From positions 1-42,988 of IMG/VR virus record IMGVR_UViG_3300034151_000005: a DNA stretch of 42,988 nt; one strand, 5' to 3'. The position numbers and the translations under genes were made by a program. Below the pieces are notes generated by a model, which searched no databases, was not told the origin of the DNA, and was given only the letters and a program-made list of their open reading frames with translations. Positions 16,706 to 26,166 of this stretch are shown in pieces (position 1 is the stretch's first letter; each line of letters begins with the position of its first letter). Source of the DNA: a virus. Lineage: Duplodnaviria; Caudoviricetes.

Positions 16706-17376
16706 AGCACACCGCCGACCGGCTGTCCGTTGAAGCCGATGATCTGCGCGCCCTTGGCGGCATAGAACGGCGCCTGCTCGCGCGGCACCCACGACGCCTG
16801 CCCGGTCGGCGCGCGCATCTGCACCATCCCGCCACCGGCCATCCCGCCGAGCGTGTTGTAGCCACTCGCGTTCGACTGCGCGGCCTGTGTGTGCGGTGTG
16901 CCGCTCTGATTGCGCGGAACGGCCGTGCCCGTCGGCTGCTGCGCGGGCGTGCCGGGCGTCCGCACGCCCAGCCCCTGCTGCGTCGCCGCCGGCAGTGACC
17001 CGACCTGCAGGTCATCGGACGGAATGCCCCCCGCCGACATCCCGACCGGCGCCGGCATCCCCCCGGACGACGCCCCGAACGACGCCGGCAACCCCATGAA
17101 CGAGCCGAGCGCACTCATCGCGGCCCCGCCCGTCTGCGTATAGGGCTGATAGGCTTGCGTCGTCGCCTTCGCGGCCTGCTGCTGGGTCGCGATGGCCTTA
17201 TTGGCCGCCGCTTCCTGTTGGCCGGCGGCTTTCTGCGCGCCTTCCTTCTTGACGTCGTTGGCAATCATGCCCATCCCGGCCGGCACCAGTGCGAGACTCG
17301 CCCCGCCCGTCGGAATCGCCGCCGCCACGCCGCCGATCGCCATCGCGGCCCCGCCTAATTTCGTCCAGAAGCCCAC
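16702..17376 (-). CDS. Ejection protein carrying the N-terminal half of a gp7-like protein
   Basis: Gly/Ala hydrophobic N-terminus, then AQKAAGQQEAAANKAIATQQQ...YQPYTQTGGAAMSALGSFMGL. Confidence 0.7.
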   Translation of the reverse strand: MGFWTKLGGAAMAIGGVAAAIPTGGASLALVPAGMGMIANDVKKEGAQKAAGQQEAAANKAIATQQQAAKATTQAYQPYTQTGGAAMSALGSFMGLPASFGASSGGMPAPVGMSAGGIPSDDLQVGSLPAATQQGLGVRTPGTPAQQPTGTAVPRNQSGTPHTQAAQSNASGYNTLGGMAGGGMVQMRAPTGQASWVPREQAPFYAAKGAQIIGFNGQPVGGVL

Positions 17377-17390
17377 TGTCGTACCCTCCG

Positions 17391-18044
17391 TTACCCGAGA
17401 AACGTACAGCTACCGCCGCCACCACCGCCCGAGGACGGTTCCAGAATCACAATCGCCATGGACGCCCATGTCACCGTGCCGCTTGTGGTCCACGTCGGCG
17501 TATATGTCCCAGCGCCAGACGCCACTTGGTTGATGAGGCTGTGCGTGTAGTTCGAGGCATACGTCTCGTACTCCCCTGAGAGTGCCCATCCGCCAGCCTG
17601 TGCAATCGTCGCGGTGCCCGCGTACGTCACAATGCCAAGGACGAGCGCGCCATCTGGCACCAATGGCTGCGTGACCGCCGGGCCTGTGTTAATACCGCGT
17701 CCCCATGATGGCAACGGCAGACCAGCCACATCCGAGGCCCCAGTAAACTCCGTCACCGTCATCGACACGAAGGTCAATCCGGTAATCGCCACCGTACAGG
17801 CGCCCGTGGCCGTCGCGATGCCCCACGCGATGTAGGTGTGAACATCAGACGCATTCACAAGCTGTAAATTGATCTGCGCCCACGACGTCGGGGCTCCGGA
17901 TCCAGTCGCACTGATGGTCAATAGCGGTCCAGCGCCAGCGATGCCAACCACGAGTAATGACCCGATGGTGACGTTGTTCGGGTACGCATTGCTCAGCGTG
18001 CCGGAGACGGTGTTGCGCTGCGCGGTGACTTCAGCGATGGCCAT
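17391..18044 (-). CDS. Virion fibre-associated beta-rich protein
   Basis: Thr/Ser/Gly/Val-rich; coupled to the upstream fibre gene. Confidence 0.6.
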   Translation of the reverse strand: MAIAEVTAQRNTVSGTLSNAYPNNVTIGSLLVVGIAGAGPLLTISATGSGAPTSWAQINLQLVNASDVHTYIAWGIATATGACTVAITGLTFVSMTVTEFTGASDVAGLPLPSWGRGINTGPAVTQPLVPDGALVLGIVTYAGTATIAQAGGWALSGEYETYASNYTHSLINQVASGAGTYTPTWTTSGTVTWASMAIVILEPSSGGGGGGSCTFLG

Positions 18045-19159
18045 TACGGCGTCACCTCGATCTGCAACGTCACGCGCGTAATGGTCGCTGGCGTGCCGAC
18101 GATCTCGAAGCCGAAGACGTCACCCGCCGTGACCGCCGTGGTCCAGCCGGTCAGCGTGCTATCGGTCGCGCTATCAGCGCCAGAGAGCAACGGCGGGGCG
18201 CTCGCAACAATACTGGTCGTCGGCGGGTACGAACCGAACGCATCGAGGAACACGTCGAACTCGACATCACCCGCGGGTTTCGCGAGCAGCGTCCACTTCG
18301 TGATGGTGCCGCTAATCGGACACTGAATCGTGCCCTTGTCGCCCACGGTCACGACGGTGGCGCCATTGTCGACCGTCACGCCAGGCGTCTTGATGCCGCT
18401 CGCCGCCGTGGCCGAGGCGATGACTTGGGCGATGGTCTGCCCGCCATCCTGAATCAGTTTCCCAGTGGCGCCGTCAAAGGTGGCAATGCGGTCATCGGTC
18501 GCGCTCGCCGGGCCGACGACGTCGCCGCTGGAACTCCCAGAGGCCGAGAGCACCTGACTCGTCATCGTCAGCCCGGAGCCGAGCGTAATTTCCTGGTAGT
18601 CACCCGCGCCACTCGCCGACCCACGCCCGAGCAACCGTGAGGCCGCCGACGCCTGCGCGAGGTTCGACAGCGGCAAGTCGCCCGTGACTTCGCTCGTGAG
18701 ATTGACCGGACCCGCCGTGCCATACACGCCAGACGTCACGCGCACGATGCCGGTGCCGGTCGCCCGCTTCAGGAGCTTGCCGCTCGTGAGGTCGTACAGG
18801 GCAATCTCGCCGTCGACCGACGCGGCGGGCCCGTCCACATCGCCACAGGCGAACACCGCCGCCGCGATGACGTCTCCGATGGTCTGCCCGCCGTCCTGGA
18901 GCAGCTTGCCGGTGATGCCGTCGAACGTCGCGATGCGGTCATCCACGGACGACGCAGGACCGACGACGTCCCCCGTGCCGCCATTGGCCACGAGCACCCA
19001 CACCGCGCCATCCCACGCATAGACGGCGCTCGTGTCCGTCTCGAAGAAGAAGTACCCCGGATCGGGCCCGACAATCGGCACTGGCGGGTCCGGCACGAAC
19101 GCCACGCGCTCGGCAGCCGTGCCGCTCGCAACGAAGGCGTTGAGGGTGGTGTCAGACAA
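18044..19159 (-). CDS. Tail fibre-like protein with GDVxGPAS..D..IA.FD..TGKL repeats
   Basis: Three copies of the repeat; N-terminal FFETDT..YAWDG..W module. Confidence 0.7.
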   Translation of the reverse strand: MSDTTLNAFVASGTAAERVAFVPDPPVPIVGPDPGYFFFETDTSAVYAWDGAVWVLVANGGTGDVVGPASSVDDRIATFDGITGKLLQDGGQTIGDVIAAAVFACGDVDGPAASVDGEIALYDLTSGKLLKRATGTGIVRVTSGVYGTAGPVNLTSEVTGDLPLSNLAQASAASRLLGRGSASGAGDYQEITLGSGLTMTSQVLSASGSSSGDVVGPASATDDRIATFDGATGKLIQDGGQTIAQVIASATAASGIKTPGVTVDNGATVVTVGDKGTIQCPISGTITKWTLLAKPAGDVEFDVFLDAFGSYPPTTSIVASAPPLLSGADSATDSTLTGWTTAVTAGDVFGFEIVGTPATITRVTLQIEVTP

Positions 19160-19174
19160 AACACACGCTCCCGG

Positions 19175-19519
19175 TCATGGGGTGAAACTCACGAAGATCG
19201 GCGATCCTGCGCCGTCAGACACGAACTGGAGCGGCTCCACGCCGAGCGAGAGCGGCACCCACGACGTCCCGACACCCGCCGCATGCCACCGTATGACGTT
19301 CGGCACCGTGAGGTCCACGTCGACCGTCGCCGAGTCGGTGGCCACGCGCGCATTGGGGAGGCCGCTATCGGGCGCCCCGAGGATGTACTCCCCGTTCCCC
19401 GGCGCCACCCCGCCCCCGCTGCCAGCCGTCGTCAACGTCGCGAGGTACTGATACCAGGGCGTCGTGACGCGGCCTTGGGGGTCGGTGATCGGATGCGCGA
19501 TGTTGGGGATATTCGACAT
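19175..19519 (-). CDS. Tail needle/plug-position protein (gp26-like position, 114 aa)
   Basis: PITDPQGRVTTPWYQYL N-terminal motif, typical of the gene after gp10 homologues; TGATG-coupled. Confidence 0.55.
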   Translation of the reverse strand: MSNIPNIAHPITDPQGRVTTPWYQYLATLTTAGSGGGVAPGNGEYILGAPDSGLPNARVATDSATVDVDLTVPNVIRWHAAGVGTSWVPLSLGVEPLQFVSDGAGSPIFVSFTP

Positions 19520-20562
19520 CAGTGCAAGCCCTTCTCGACTTTCAGGAATGCGCCCAAGAGGTTCCACGCCACCGGGTCGCTGACGACCACCTCATACACT
19601 CGGTCCCGCGAGCGCCCAAGCCGCCGCCAGATCGCCCGCCGTGTGTATTCCCCCATCTTCCCCGCCGACACATGCACCTCGTTGCTCCACGTCTCGCCGC
19701 CATCATCGGACCACCGCAGCATCACCGTGGGGTTGCTGCCCTGCCCTGAGACGATCCCGACGCCCGTCTCGAGGTCGACCTGCATCTCGTGGTGGAAGAT
19801 CCATCGGTCCTCATCGCTAATCGCCGCCGACCGTCGCATCCGGCGGGTGAGCAGCGACTCCAGCGTAAACGTGACAACCGCGGCCGAATAATCGAGTTCG
19901 GCCGGGAAGCCCGTGATGGTGTACGCACCCGGCTCCGCGACGGGACTGAAGAACAGCAAGTCTGCGGCAACGCCCGTCAGTTCGTAGGCGCCTACCTCTG
20001 TCCCCAGCACGTACCCGACGAGCGTCGGTGCGTCGGCTCCTGTAACCGTGTACGCCCCTGGCTCCGTCTCCAGTTCGTACACGTTGATCGCGACGAGGTC
20101 CGCCGGGCTCCCCGTGACGACATACGCCCCGCCGACCGTCTCGAGCACGCGCCCAACGAACAGCCCCGCACTACTTCCAGCGATGACGTACGCCCCGGGC
20201 TCCGCGACCATTGGATGCCCGACGCTGAGGTCGGCCGCGCTCCCTGCGATGGCATACGTGCCGACGTCCGTCGAGAGCACGCGCGCCGACAACAGATCCG
20301 CCGCACTACCCGTGATGGTGTAGCTACCCGCCGCCCCATCCAACACACGACCGACGAGTAAGTCGGCCGCACTGCCCGCCACCGCATACGTCCCGACATC
20401 CGTCGGCAGTTCAAACGCCCCGCCCCCACACGTCCCACTGTGCTCAAGGAGGAAGAACCCGCCATCCTCCACCAGCAACACATCGCCGGTTTCCAGCAAC
20501 AACCGCGCACAGCTCGCCGGGTCGCCGCCATCCAGGTTATTGAGGATGTACGGGAGAAGCAC
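19519..20562 (-). CDS. Fusion: LLLExG motif, eight ~22-aa GxYx[IVL][TA]G repeats, gp10-like C-terminal module (copy 2)
   Basis: C-terminus QVDLETGVG...PTVMLRWSDDGGETWSNE...GKMGEYTRRAIWRRLGRSRDRVYEVVVSDPV. Confidence 0.8.
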   Translation of the reverse strand: MLLPYILNNLDGGDPASCARLLLETGDVLLVEDGGFFLLEHSGTCGGGAFELPTDVGTYAVAGSAADLLVGRVLDGAAGSYTITGSAADLLSARVLSTDVGTYAIAGSAADLSVGHPMVAEPGAYVIAGSSAGLFVGRVLETVGGAYVVTGSPADLVAINVYELETEPGAYTVTGADAPTLVGYVLGTEVGAYELTGVAADLLFFSPVAEPGAYTITGFPAELDYSAAVVTFTLESLLTRRMRRSAAISDEDRWIFHHEMQVDLETGVGIVSGQGSNPTVMLRWSDDGGETWSNEVHVSAGKMGEYTRRAIWRRLGRSRDRVYEVVVSDPVAWNLLGAFLKVEKGLH

Positions 20563-21221
20563 TAGCCGACTCCCAGCAGCAGGACAGACCCCGGCGGAAT
20601 CCAGTCGATGATCGCGCCACCTGCCGCCCCATTGCCTCCCGCCTGGTCAGTCGTGGTGCCAGCCCGCGCGCCTGATCCGGCGCCGCCATACGCCGTGCCG
20701 ACGTTGCCGGCGTTGTTGCCCGAGGTACGCCCCGCGCCGCCGTTGCCGCCGGGCGACGTCGCCGTGCCGGCCGTCGTGCCGCTCGCGTTCCCACCCCCAC
20801 CCCCGCCGCCCCCGCCGCTATCGCTGGTGGTGGGCGCGGTCGCCCCATTCCCGCCAGCCGTGACCGTATCGCCCACGCCTCCCGTGGTGGATCCAGTGGC
20901 GCCGGTCCCGGTCGTCGTGGTCGTCGCCCCGCCGGGTCCACCTTTTGCCACCACGGTCGTCGTCCCGAACGTCGTATCGACGCCGTTGACGGTCGCGGTC
21001 GTTGAACCAGTCGCCGCTCCACCGACGACCACGTTGTTGCTGGCCCCTGGGGCCAGCGTCAGCCGGGAGATTACGAACTGACCCCCGGCTCCGCCACCGC
21101 CCGCCGACCCGTTCCCCGTGGCTCCGCCGCCCGCGCCGCCGCCGCCCCACAGTCGCACGCGGGTGTGGCGTGTTTTGGCGATATGCGCCGTCGTGCCGGA
21201 GGTGTACGTGATGACGGCCAT
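20562..21221 (-). CDS. Glycine-rich virion/fibre protein
   Basis: VRLWGGGGAGGG...GGGGAGGQF...GGNGAAGGAII polyglycine-sandwich pattern. Confidence 0.75.
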   Translation of the reverse strand: MAVITYTSGTTAHIAKTRHTRVRLWGGGGAGGGATGNGSAGGGGAGGQFVISRLTLAPGASNNVVVGGAATGSTTATVNGVDTTFGTTTVVAKGGPGGATTTTTGTGATGSTTGGVGDTVTAGGNGATAPTTSDSGGGGGGGGGNASGTTAGTATSPGGNGGAGRTSGNNAGNVGTAYGGAGSGARAGTTTDQAGGNGAAGGAIIDWIPPGSVLLLGVG

Positions 21222-21222
21222 G

Positions 21223-21966
21223 TCACGACTCGATGGTGAAGCCCTTCACCACGATATAGAGCCCGGTGACCGTGCCGACGGTGGTCACGCGGAGTTCCTC
21301 ATCGTCGGCGCCGACGCCAATGATGCCCGCCCCGTCGCCCTCTTTGAAGCCGCCACCGGCCGGAATGCCCGGATGCCCGCCCACAATCTTGGCGGTGCCT
21401 GGCGTCCCGGCGAACGCGGGCGTCGTCGCCGTCCCGAACCCGATCACGATCGACGGAAAGACGGTGTTGGCATTGTCCGCCGTGACGGTCAGTGCCGTGA
21501 CCGCGAACTTCAGCCCTGACGCAATCGTCGGCCCGATGACGGTGTTGCTGATGGCGGTCGTCACCGACATGCCATACGTGACGATGTTGGGGTGCCCGCC
21601 GATGTAGAAGGGAATGCCTGCGCGGTTGGCGTACAGGTTCGTGCGATCCCCAGCCGTGACGGCGGTCGGATTCGTGCCATAGGCGATGGCGACCGCGCCG
21701 ACCTTGACGGGGTTGCCGGAGTCGGCCGTATCGTGCGCGACGTCACCGACGGCATTGACGCTGCCGATATTGGCCGACCCCGCGACGAGCGCCGCCATGC
21801 GCGTCACGTCGACATCAAGGCCATTCGTGGCGTCGCCACCGATACGCGCTGTGCTGGAGGCCGTGCCGCTGACCAGCTTCACGAGCGAATACTTGACGCT
21901 GCTGATGTCCTCGGAGGCGTAGACATCCCCGCCGGTCCCGACGTTAAGGGTCGTGTTGTCACTCAT
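21223..21966 (-). CDS. Fibre-associated structural protein
   Basis: 247-aa Thr/Gly/Ala/Val-rich ORF within the tail cluster. Confidence 0.6.
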   Translation of the reverse strand: MSDNTTLNVGTGGDVYASEDISSVKYSLVKLVSGTASSTARIGGDATNGLDVDVTRMAALVAGSANIGSVNAVGDVAHDTADSGNPVKVGAVAIAYGTNPTAVTAGDRTNLYANRAGIPFYIGGHPNIVTYGMSVTTAISNTVIGPTIASGLKFAVTALTVTADNANTVFPSIVIGFGTATTPAFAGTPGTAKIVGGHPGIPAGGGFKEGDGAGIIGVGADDEELRVTTVGTVTGLYIVVKGFTIES

Positions 21967-21974
21967 GGCTGATA

Positions 21975-21996
21975 ACCATGTATTTCATGGTAAAAT
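21975..21996 (+). promoter_or_regulatory. Extended -10 promoter with overlapping inverted repeat upstream of the HNH gene
   Basis: TGgTAAAAT (21988-21996); ACCATG-tattt-CATGGT (21975-21991). Confidence 0.55.
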
Positions 21997-22018
21997 ACTG
22001 AGTCATTTGGAGCCACCC

Positions 22019-22540
22019 ATGCGAAAACTCGATCTCACCGGGGCCACGTTCGGACGACTCACCGCGCTCTCTCTTGCACCGAAACGGGGCGCCAAAACGC
22101 GTTGGTTGTGTCGCTGTGCGTGCGGCAGCCTGTGCGTTGCTATTGTCGCTGACCTCCGCGCAGGCAAGCACCGTTCCTGTGGCTGTCTGCACAAGGACGT
22201 CATTACCAAGCACGGCGCGGTAGGCACGTCTGCCTACACGTCGTGGCAGTCGATGAAGGATCGCTGCCAGAATCCCAACGCGACGCACTACGCGCGCTAC
22301 GGGGGCCGTGGGATTCGTGTCTGCGCGACTTGGCAGAACTTCTCCGGGTTCTTCGGTGATATGGGCGAGCGACCCACCCCGCAGCACACCTTGGAGCGCA
22401 TCGACAACAACGGGCACTACACGCCTGAGAACTGCAAATGGGCCACGCGATACGAACAGGCGCAGAACCGAACGCCGGGCGTGTACCATCCACGCCCACG
22501 AGATCCCATTACTGGTCGCTTCCTGTCCCGTTCGCATTAG
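22019..22540 (+). CDS. Free-standing HNH-type homing endonuclease-like protein
   Basis: [10 protein letters not shown]...WLCRCACG...SCGC...YGGRGIRVC...[22 protein letters not shown]; GGAG RBS; opposite strand to its neighbours. Confidence 0.85.
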   Translation: MRKLDLTGATFGRLTALSLAPKRGAKTRWLCRCACGSLCVAIVADLRAGKHRSCGCLHKDVITKHGAVGTSAYTSWQSMKDRCQNPNATHYARYGGRGIRVCATWQNFSGFFGDMGERPTPQHTLERIDNNGHYTPENCKWATRYEQAQNRTPGVYHPRPRDPITGRFLSRSH

Positions 22541-22547
22541 CGGTGCT

Positions 22548-22940
22548 CTAGGGCGTCGTATCGACGCGCGCAATGACGCTATTGAGGAACTGGTTGGACG
22601 TGTACGTCGGCGGAATCAGCCCGGCCGCCGTGCGGAGCGCGTTCACTTGGTCCAGAATGACGAGCGACTGCGCACGGAACGCGCGCGCTTGCACGGTATC
22701 GCCGAGAATCCACTCTTTCGCGAGCGCCTTCACTTGCCCATCACGCCACGCGATGTGCGCGGGTTCCGTCCAGTCGAACGTCGCCAGGGCCGACTGTGCC
22801 GCCGTCTTCTGTGGCGCGGTGGCGGTTGGGTCGTAGTCGATGCGCGCCGATGTCGGTCCCGTGATGGCCACGCCGTGAATCGGGCAGACCGCCGCGATGG
22901 TCTGTGAGAGACGCTGGTTCTGTTCGCTTTGCGGAATCAT
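22548..22940 (-). CDS. Hypothetical protein, possible fibre assembly chaperone (130 aa)
   Basis: ATGA-coupled directly after a fibre-like gene. Confidence 0.55.
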   Translation of the reverse strand: MIPQSEQNQRLSQTIAAVCPIHGVAITGPTSARIDYDPTATAPQKTAAQSALATFDWTEPAHIAWRDGQVKALAKEWILGDTVQARAFRAQSLVILDQVNALRTAAGLIPPTYTSNQFLNSVIARVDTTP

Positions 22941-23926
22941 GCAAACACCGTCGCCATCAAGCGTGACGTCTGCACGCCACTCGCCGCGCCGACAAACGTC
23001 AACCCGGCCGCACTGCCGAGCCCGTTTTCGTTCCAGAAGAGTTCCGTCAATCCCGAAGCAGACGGAAACCCGTTCCACTGCGCCGCGAACGTGTTATAGA
23101 GCGTGCCGAGCGCAATGCCGCCGGCCCCGTGGATCGTCGACGTCGCATCGACCCCGATCCCGACAGCCGCATAGGCACCGCCACTGCCTTGAAATCCCGC
23201 TTGGAGTACAGCCGTGACGCCATCTTCGAGAATCCCAAGAACAAACCCGACTTTATTGCCAGAGGCCGCATTCGCTTGCCGCCAGCTATTGGTTGTATAC
23301 GTCCACGACGCCGTAGAGTCAAAGACCGCCATCGAGCGCGCCACGCGGTTGTAGTAGTTATAGAGATACCGCTTGCCACCGACTTGCGTCGTCGTGCCGC
23401 CGCCGGAATCCTCGGTCGTCGTCGTCGACGTCGTGTAAAACGTCCCGAGATAGCGCCGTGTCGTCGCCCCAGACTTCACGAGTACGTTATTCTGTAACGT
23501 CAGCGTATCGGCGCGGGTATGTTGATCGCTCCACGCATTCGACCGTTCCAGCGTGAGCGTGCCCGCGTTGTTGTAGACGAACAGGTCGTACAACGCCCCG
23601 CTGGTCAGCGTCCCGAGCGCGAACGACTTCGCACTGCCAATCTCGTAGAGATCCCACCGCGTGCCGTCGTAGAGCCCGACGCGATTGCCTTTGTACCCGG
23701 CCCAGTAGATCGTCGTCGCCCCGGTGATGTCGGTCGCTGTGACCGGGTTGCCGCTATCGAGCGTCAACCGTCCGTCGCAAATCCCCGGCACGTACAGCCC
23801 ACCCAGCCGCGCGTGCGTGCTCTTGTACGACGTGGGCGTCCCGGACGGGTCGTCGACGATGTACGCGAGGTCTTCGAGCGCCGGGACCGACAGCGCTGAC
23901 AGCGCTGTGAGTTTACTGTCAGCCAC
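22937..23926 (-). CDS. Short fibre/receptor-binding-like protein with ADxKLxxL N-terminus
   Basis: MADSKLTALSAL N-terminal fibre module, then a GRLTL.SG.PV...RRYLGT...YNYYNRV domain. Confidence 0.65.
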   Translation of the reverse strand: MADSKLTALSALSVPALEDLAYIVDDPSGTPTSYKSTHARLGGLYVPGICDGRLTLDSGNPVTATDITGATTIYWAGYKGNRVGLYDGTRWDLYEIGSAKSFALGTLTSGALYDLFVYNNAGTLTLERSNAWSDQHTRADTLTLQNNVLVKSGATTRRYLGTFYTTSTTTTEDSGGGTTTQVGGKRYLYNYYNRVARSMAVFDSTASWTYTTNSWRQANAASGNKVGFVLGILEDGVTAVLQAGFQGSGGAYAAVGIGVDATSTIHGAGGIALGTLYNTFAAQWNGFPSASGLTELFWNENGLGSAAGLTFVGAASGVQTSRLMATVFA

Positions 23927-24122
23927 GGCGCCGTTCCTCGGGGATCACCGTGAACGTGTAGTGCTTGCGCCCGCACACCGCACAGATCTGCACGCCAGGG
24001 ACGCCCCCGACGGCCTTGGCCACATGCGCCGGGTCGACCGTGCTCGTGCGCCGGTTCTGCGGGTCGTTGCAGCAGGCCGCGAGGCCCGTCGCCGGATTGA
24101 TCGTCGTATCCGTCGTTGCCAT
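23919..24122 (-). CDS. Small Cys/His protein (67 aa)
   Basis: CC...CAVCGRKH; fills the gap between structural genes. Confidence 0.55.
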   Translation of the reverse strand: MATTDTTINPATGLAACCNDPQNRRTSTVDPAHVAKAVGGVPGVQICAVCGRKHYTFTVIPEERRRG

Positions 24123-24123
24123 G

Positions 24124-24570
24124 CTAGGTCACCGTGAACAGCGTGCCGTTCGCCCCGACAATCGAACTGTTGAAGAGCACCGAGAACGTCTCGCCACTCG
24201 CCAACGTAATCGCTGAGGCGTAGTCGAACCACGACACCAGCGGGTCTGACGCCAACGTGTCATCGGCCACCGCGACGTACTGGAACGGCCCGACCGACCC
24301 CCCAGAAGCCGTGACCGTGAACGACTTCGCCGTGACCGTCAGCACCCCGAGCGTGCGCGTGCCCACGTTGTCGAGGTTGACCGGCCCGCTGTAGCCGCTG
24401 CCCGTGCTGATCTGCGCGAGGTCCGCGCTGACCGTGTCGGCCGTCGCGGACGGCGTCGCGTTGCTCAGGTACGCGACCAGCATGTCTGCGGTTGACCCGC
24501 CCGTGCCGAACAGGTCAGCCGCCCCGCACAGGTACTCGACCCAGCTATTGAACTTGTTGTATGCCGCCAT
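24124..24570 (-). CDS. Small beta-sandwich fibre subunit (148 aa)
   Basis: MAAYNKFN...QISTGSGY...GPFQY...LVSWFDYASAITLASGETF pattern; GGAG RBS. Confidence 0.65.
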   Translation of the reverse strand: MAAYNKFNSWVEYLCGAADLFGTGGSTADMLVAYLSNATPSATADTVSADLAQISTGSGYSGPVNLDNVGTRTLGVLTVTAKSFTVTASGGSVGPFQYVAVADDTLASDPLVSWFDYASAITLASGETFSVLFNSSIVGANGTLFTVT

Positions 24571-24579
24571 CGTGGTCTC

Positions 24580-26166
24580 CTAGGTGCCGTTCCCCGGCGT
24601 GACATCGAGATACGCTGCGGCAAGGAACCAGGCCACAGGATCGCTGACTACCACTTCAAACGTCCGCATGCGCGCACGGCCCGTCTGCCGTACGATGACG
24701 CGCGTCTTGCGCGCCCCTTGCCGCCCTGCCGTGGTCCAGTGCTCGTTCGACCACGTATGCCCGCCGTCGTTGCTCCACCGCACCATCACCTGCGGGTCTT
24801 CGCCCTGGCCATCGGTGAGCCCCACACCGGCCTGCAAGTCGACCTGGAACTTGTCGTACGTCAACCACTGGTGCTCGTCGGTGAGATGCGAGGCACGACG
24901 CAGCCGACGCGTCATCAGCGTGACCGTCGACACCCCGGACGGAATCGGTTCCGGTTCCGGTGTCGGCCCGACACGCGCGGCCAACCCCCAATACAAGCGC
25001 CCAAGACCCGGAGCCGGATCAGTGCTGGGGAGCACATGCAGGACAATCGTCTGCCCACTGACGAACGATTCCGACAGGCCGTCAATCAGCCCGAAGGTGT
25101 CCGCGTCGGCAATGGTCACGACGGCGGTCGTATTCGCCAGCGACCGCTGGATCGTGTGCACCCAATTCGAGCCAGGAAAGAACGGGGGATCGGCCCGTTC
25201 GACCGCCAACCCTGTGACGGTGAGCCCTGATGCCGAAATCGGGGTGAGTGCGCGCAGTGGCCCGACGGCCAACTGCTCACTGCTCATCCATACCCACGAT
25301 TCGTTCAGGTTGTCCACCACATTGTTGTTTCCACCGCAACACATGAACCCGCCATCAATGTCCGGCAGATACCCGACACCGACGGCCACATGCGCGTTAT
25401 GCGGGCCATTGATGCCCGTGCGATAGATGACGATGTCGACCCGCTGCCCGAGCGTAATCGGGAGCGCGAACGTGCTCGTGGCCACCGTGTCGTCGCCCGT
25501 CAACACACACGTCGTGTCGACCGTGCCGCCCGTCCCGTCCTGCAAGACGCCATTCACGAAGGCCCAGGCGGTATACGCCGAGATGCCCATCGTCTGATTG
25601 AAGCATTTCAGCATGAGCGTGGTCATGGTGCCGTCCAGCGCCGCCAGCGAATAGAACAGGCTATTAAACGTCGTGCCTGGAATGTATTCTTGCCGCGCGC
25701 CGTTATTGAACGCCCCTCCGTATGTCCCGGCATTGGCCACATAGCCAGTCGACCCGGATGTGATGCCGTAAATATTGCCCACGCCCTCGCGCTCGATACA
25801 GAACGACAAGTCCTGGCCGGGATACCCTGGCCCTTGATAGTGGTAATTGATGTCCTGACCCGCCGCGACGAACACATCCGCGCCGATCGACACCGCGAGC
25901 GATTCGCCAGCCGGAAGCACCGCCACTTGGTCCGTGGGCGCGCCATCCACGTACAGCGTCGCCGTCACGTCGCTGGGGAATGGCAGGCTCGGCGCCAGGA
26001 TCGTCAGATTCCGAAACGTGCTATCGAACGCCACGGGCGCTTGTGTGAACGTGATGCCGAACGTTGTCGCAATCGAGATGTCGCCTTCGCCGCCCAACAC
26101 GCCAATATTCGAGACGGCTCCGCCCCAGCCGGCGTTAAACGCGGCTTTTGGCAGCAGTTGGATCAC
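24580..26166 (-). CDS. Fusion: ~400-aa beta-rich region, PEPEP linker, gp10-like C-terminal module (copy 1)
   Basis: C-terminus FQVDLQAGVG...PQVMVRWSNDGGHTWSNEHW..AGRQGARKTRVIVRQTGRARMRTFEVVVSDPV; GTGA-coupled start. Confidence 0.8.
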   Translation of the reverse strand: MIQLLPKAAFNAGWGGAVSNIGVLGGEGDISIATTFGITFTQAPVAFDSTFRNLTILAPSLPFPSDVTATLYVDGAPTDQVAVLPAGESLAVSIGADVFVAAGQDINYHYQGPGYPGQDLSFCIEREGVGNIYGITSGSTGYVANAGTYGGAFNNGARQEYIPGTTFNSLFYSLAALDGTMTTLMLKCFNQTMGISAYTAWAFVNGVLQDGTGGTVDTTCVLTGDDTVATSTFALPITLGQRVDIVIYRTGINGPHNAHVAVGVGYLPDIDGGFMCCGGNNNVVDNLNESWVWMSSEQLAVGPLRALTPISASGLTVTGLAVERADPPFFPGSNWVHTIQRSLANTTAVVTIADADTFGLIDGLSESFVSGQTIVLHVLPSTDPAPGLGRLYWGLAARVGPTPEPEPIPSGVSTVTLMTRRLRRASHLTDEHQWLTYDKFQVDLQAGVGLTDGQGEDPQVMVRWSNDGGHTWSNEHWTTAGRQGARKTRVIVRQTGRARMRTFEVVVSDPVAWFLAAAYLDVTPGNGT

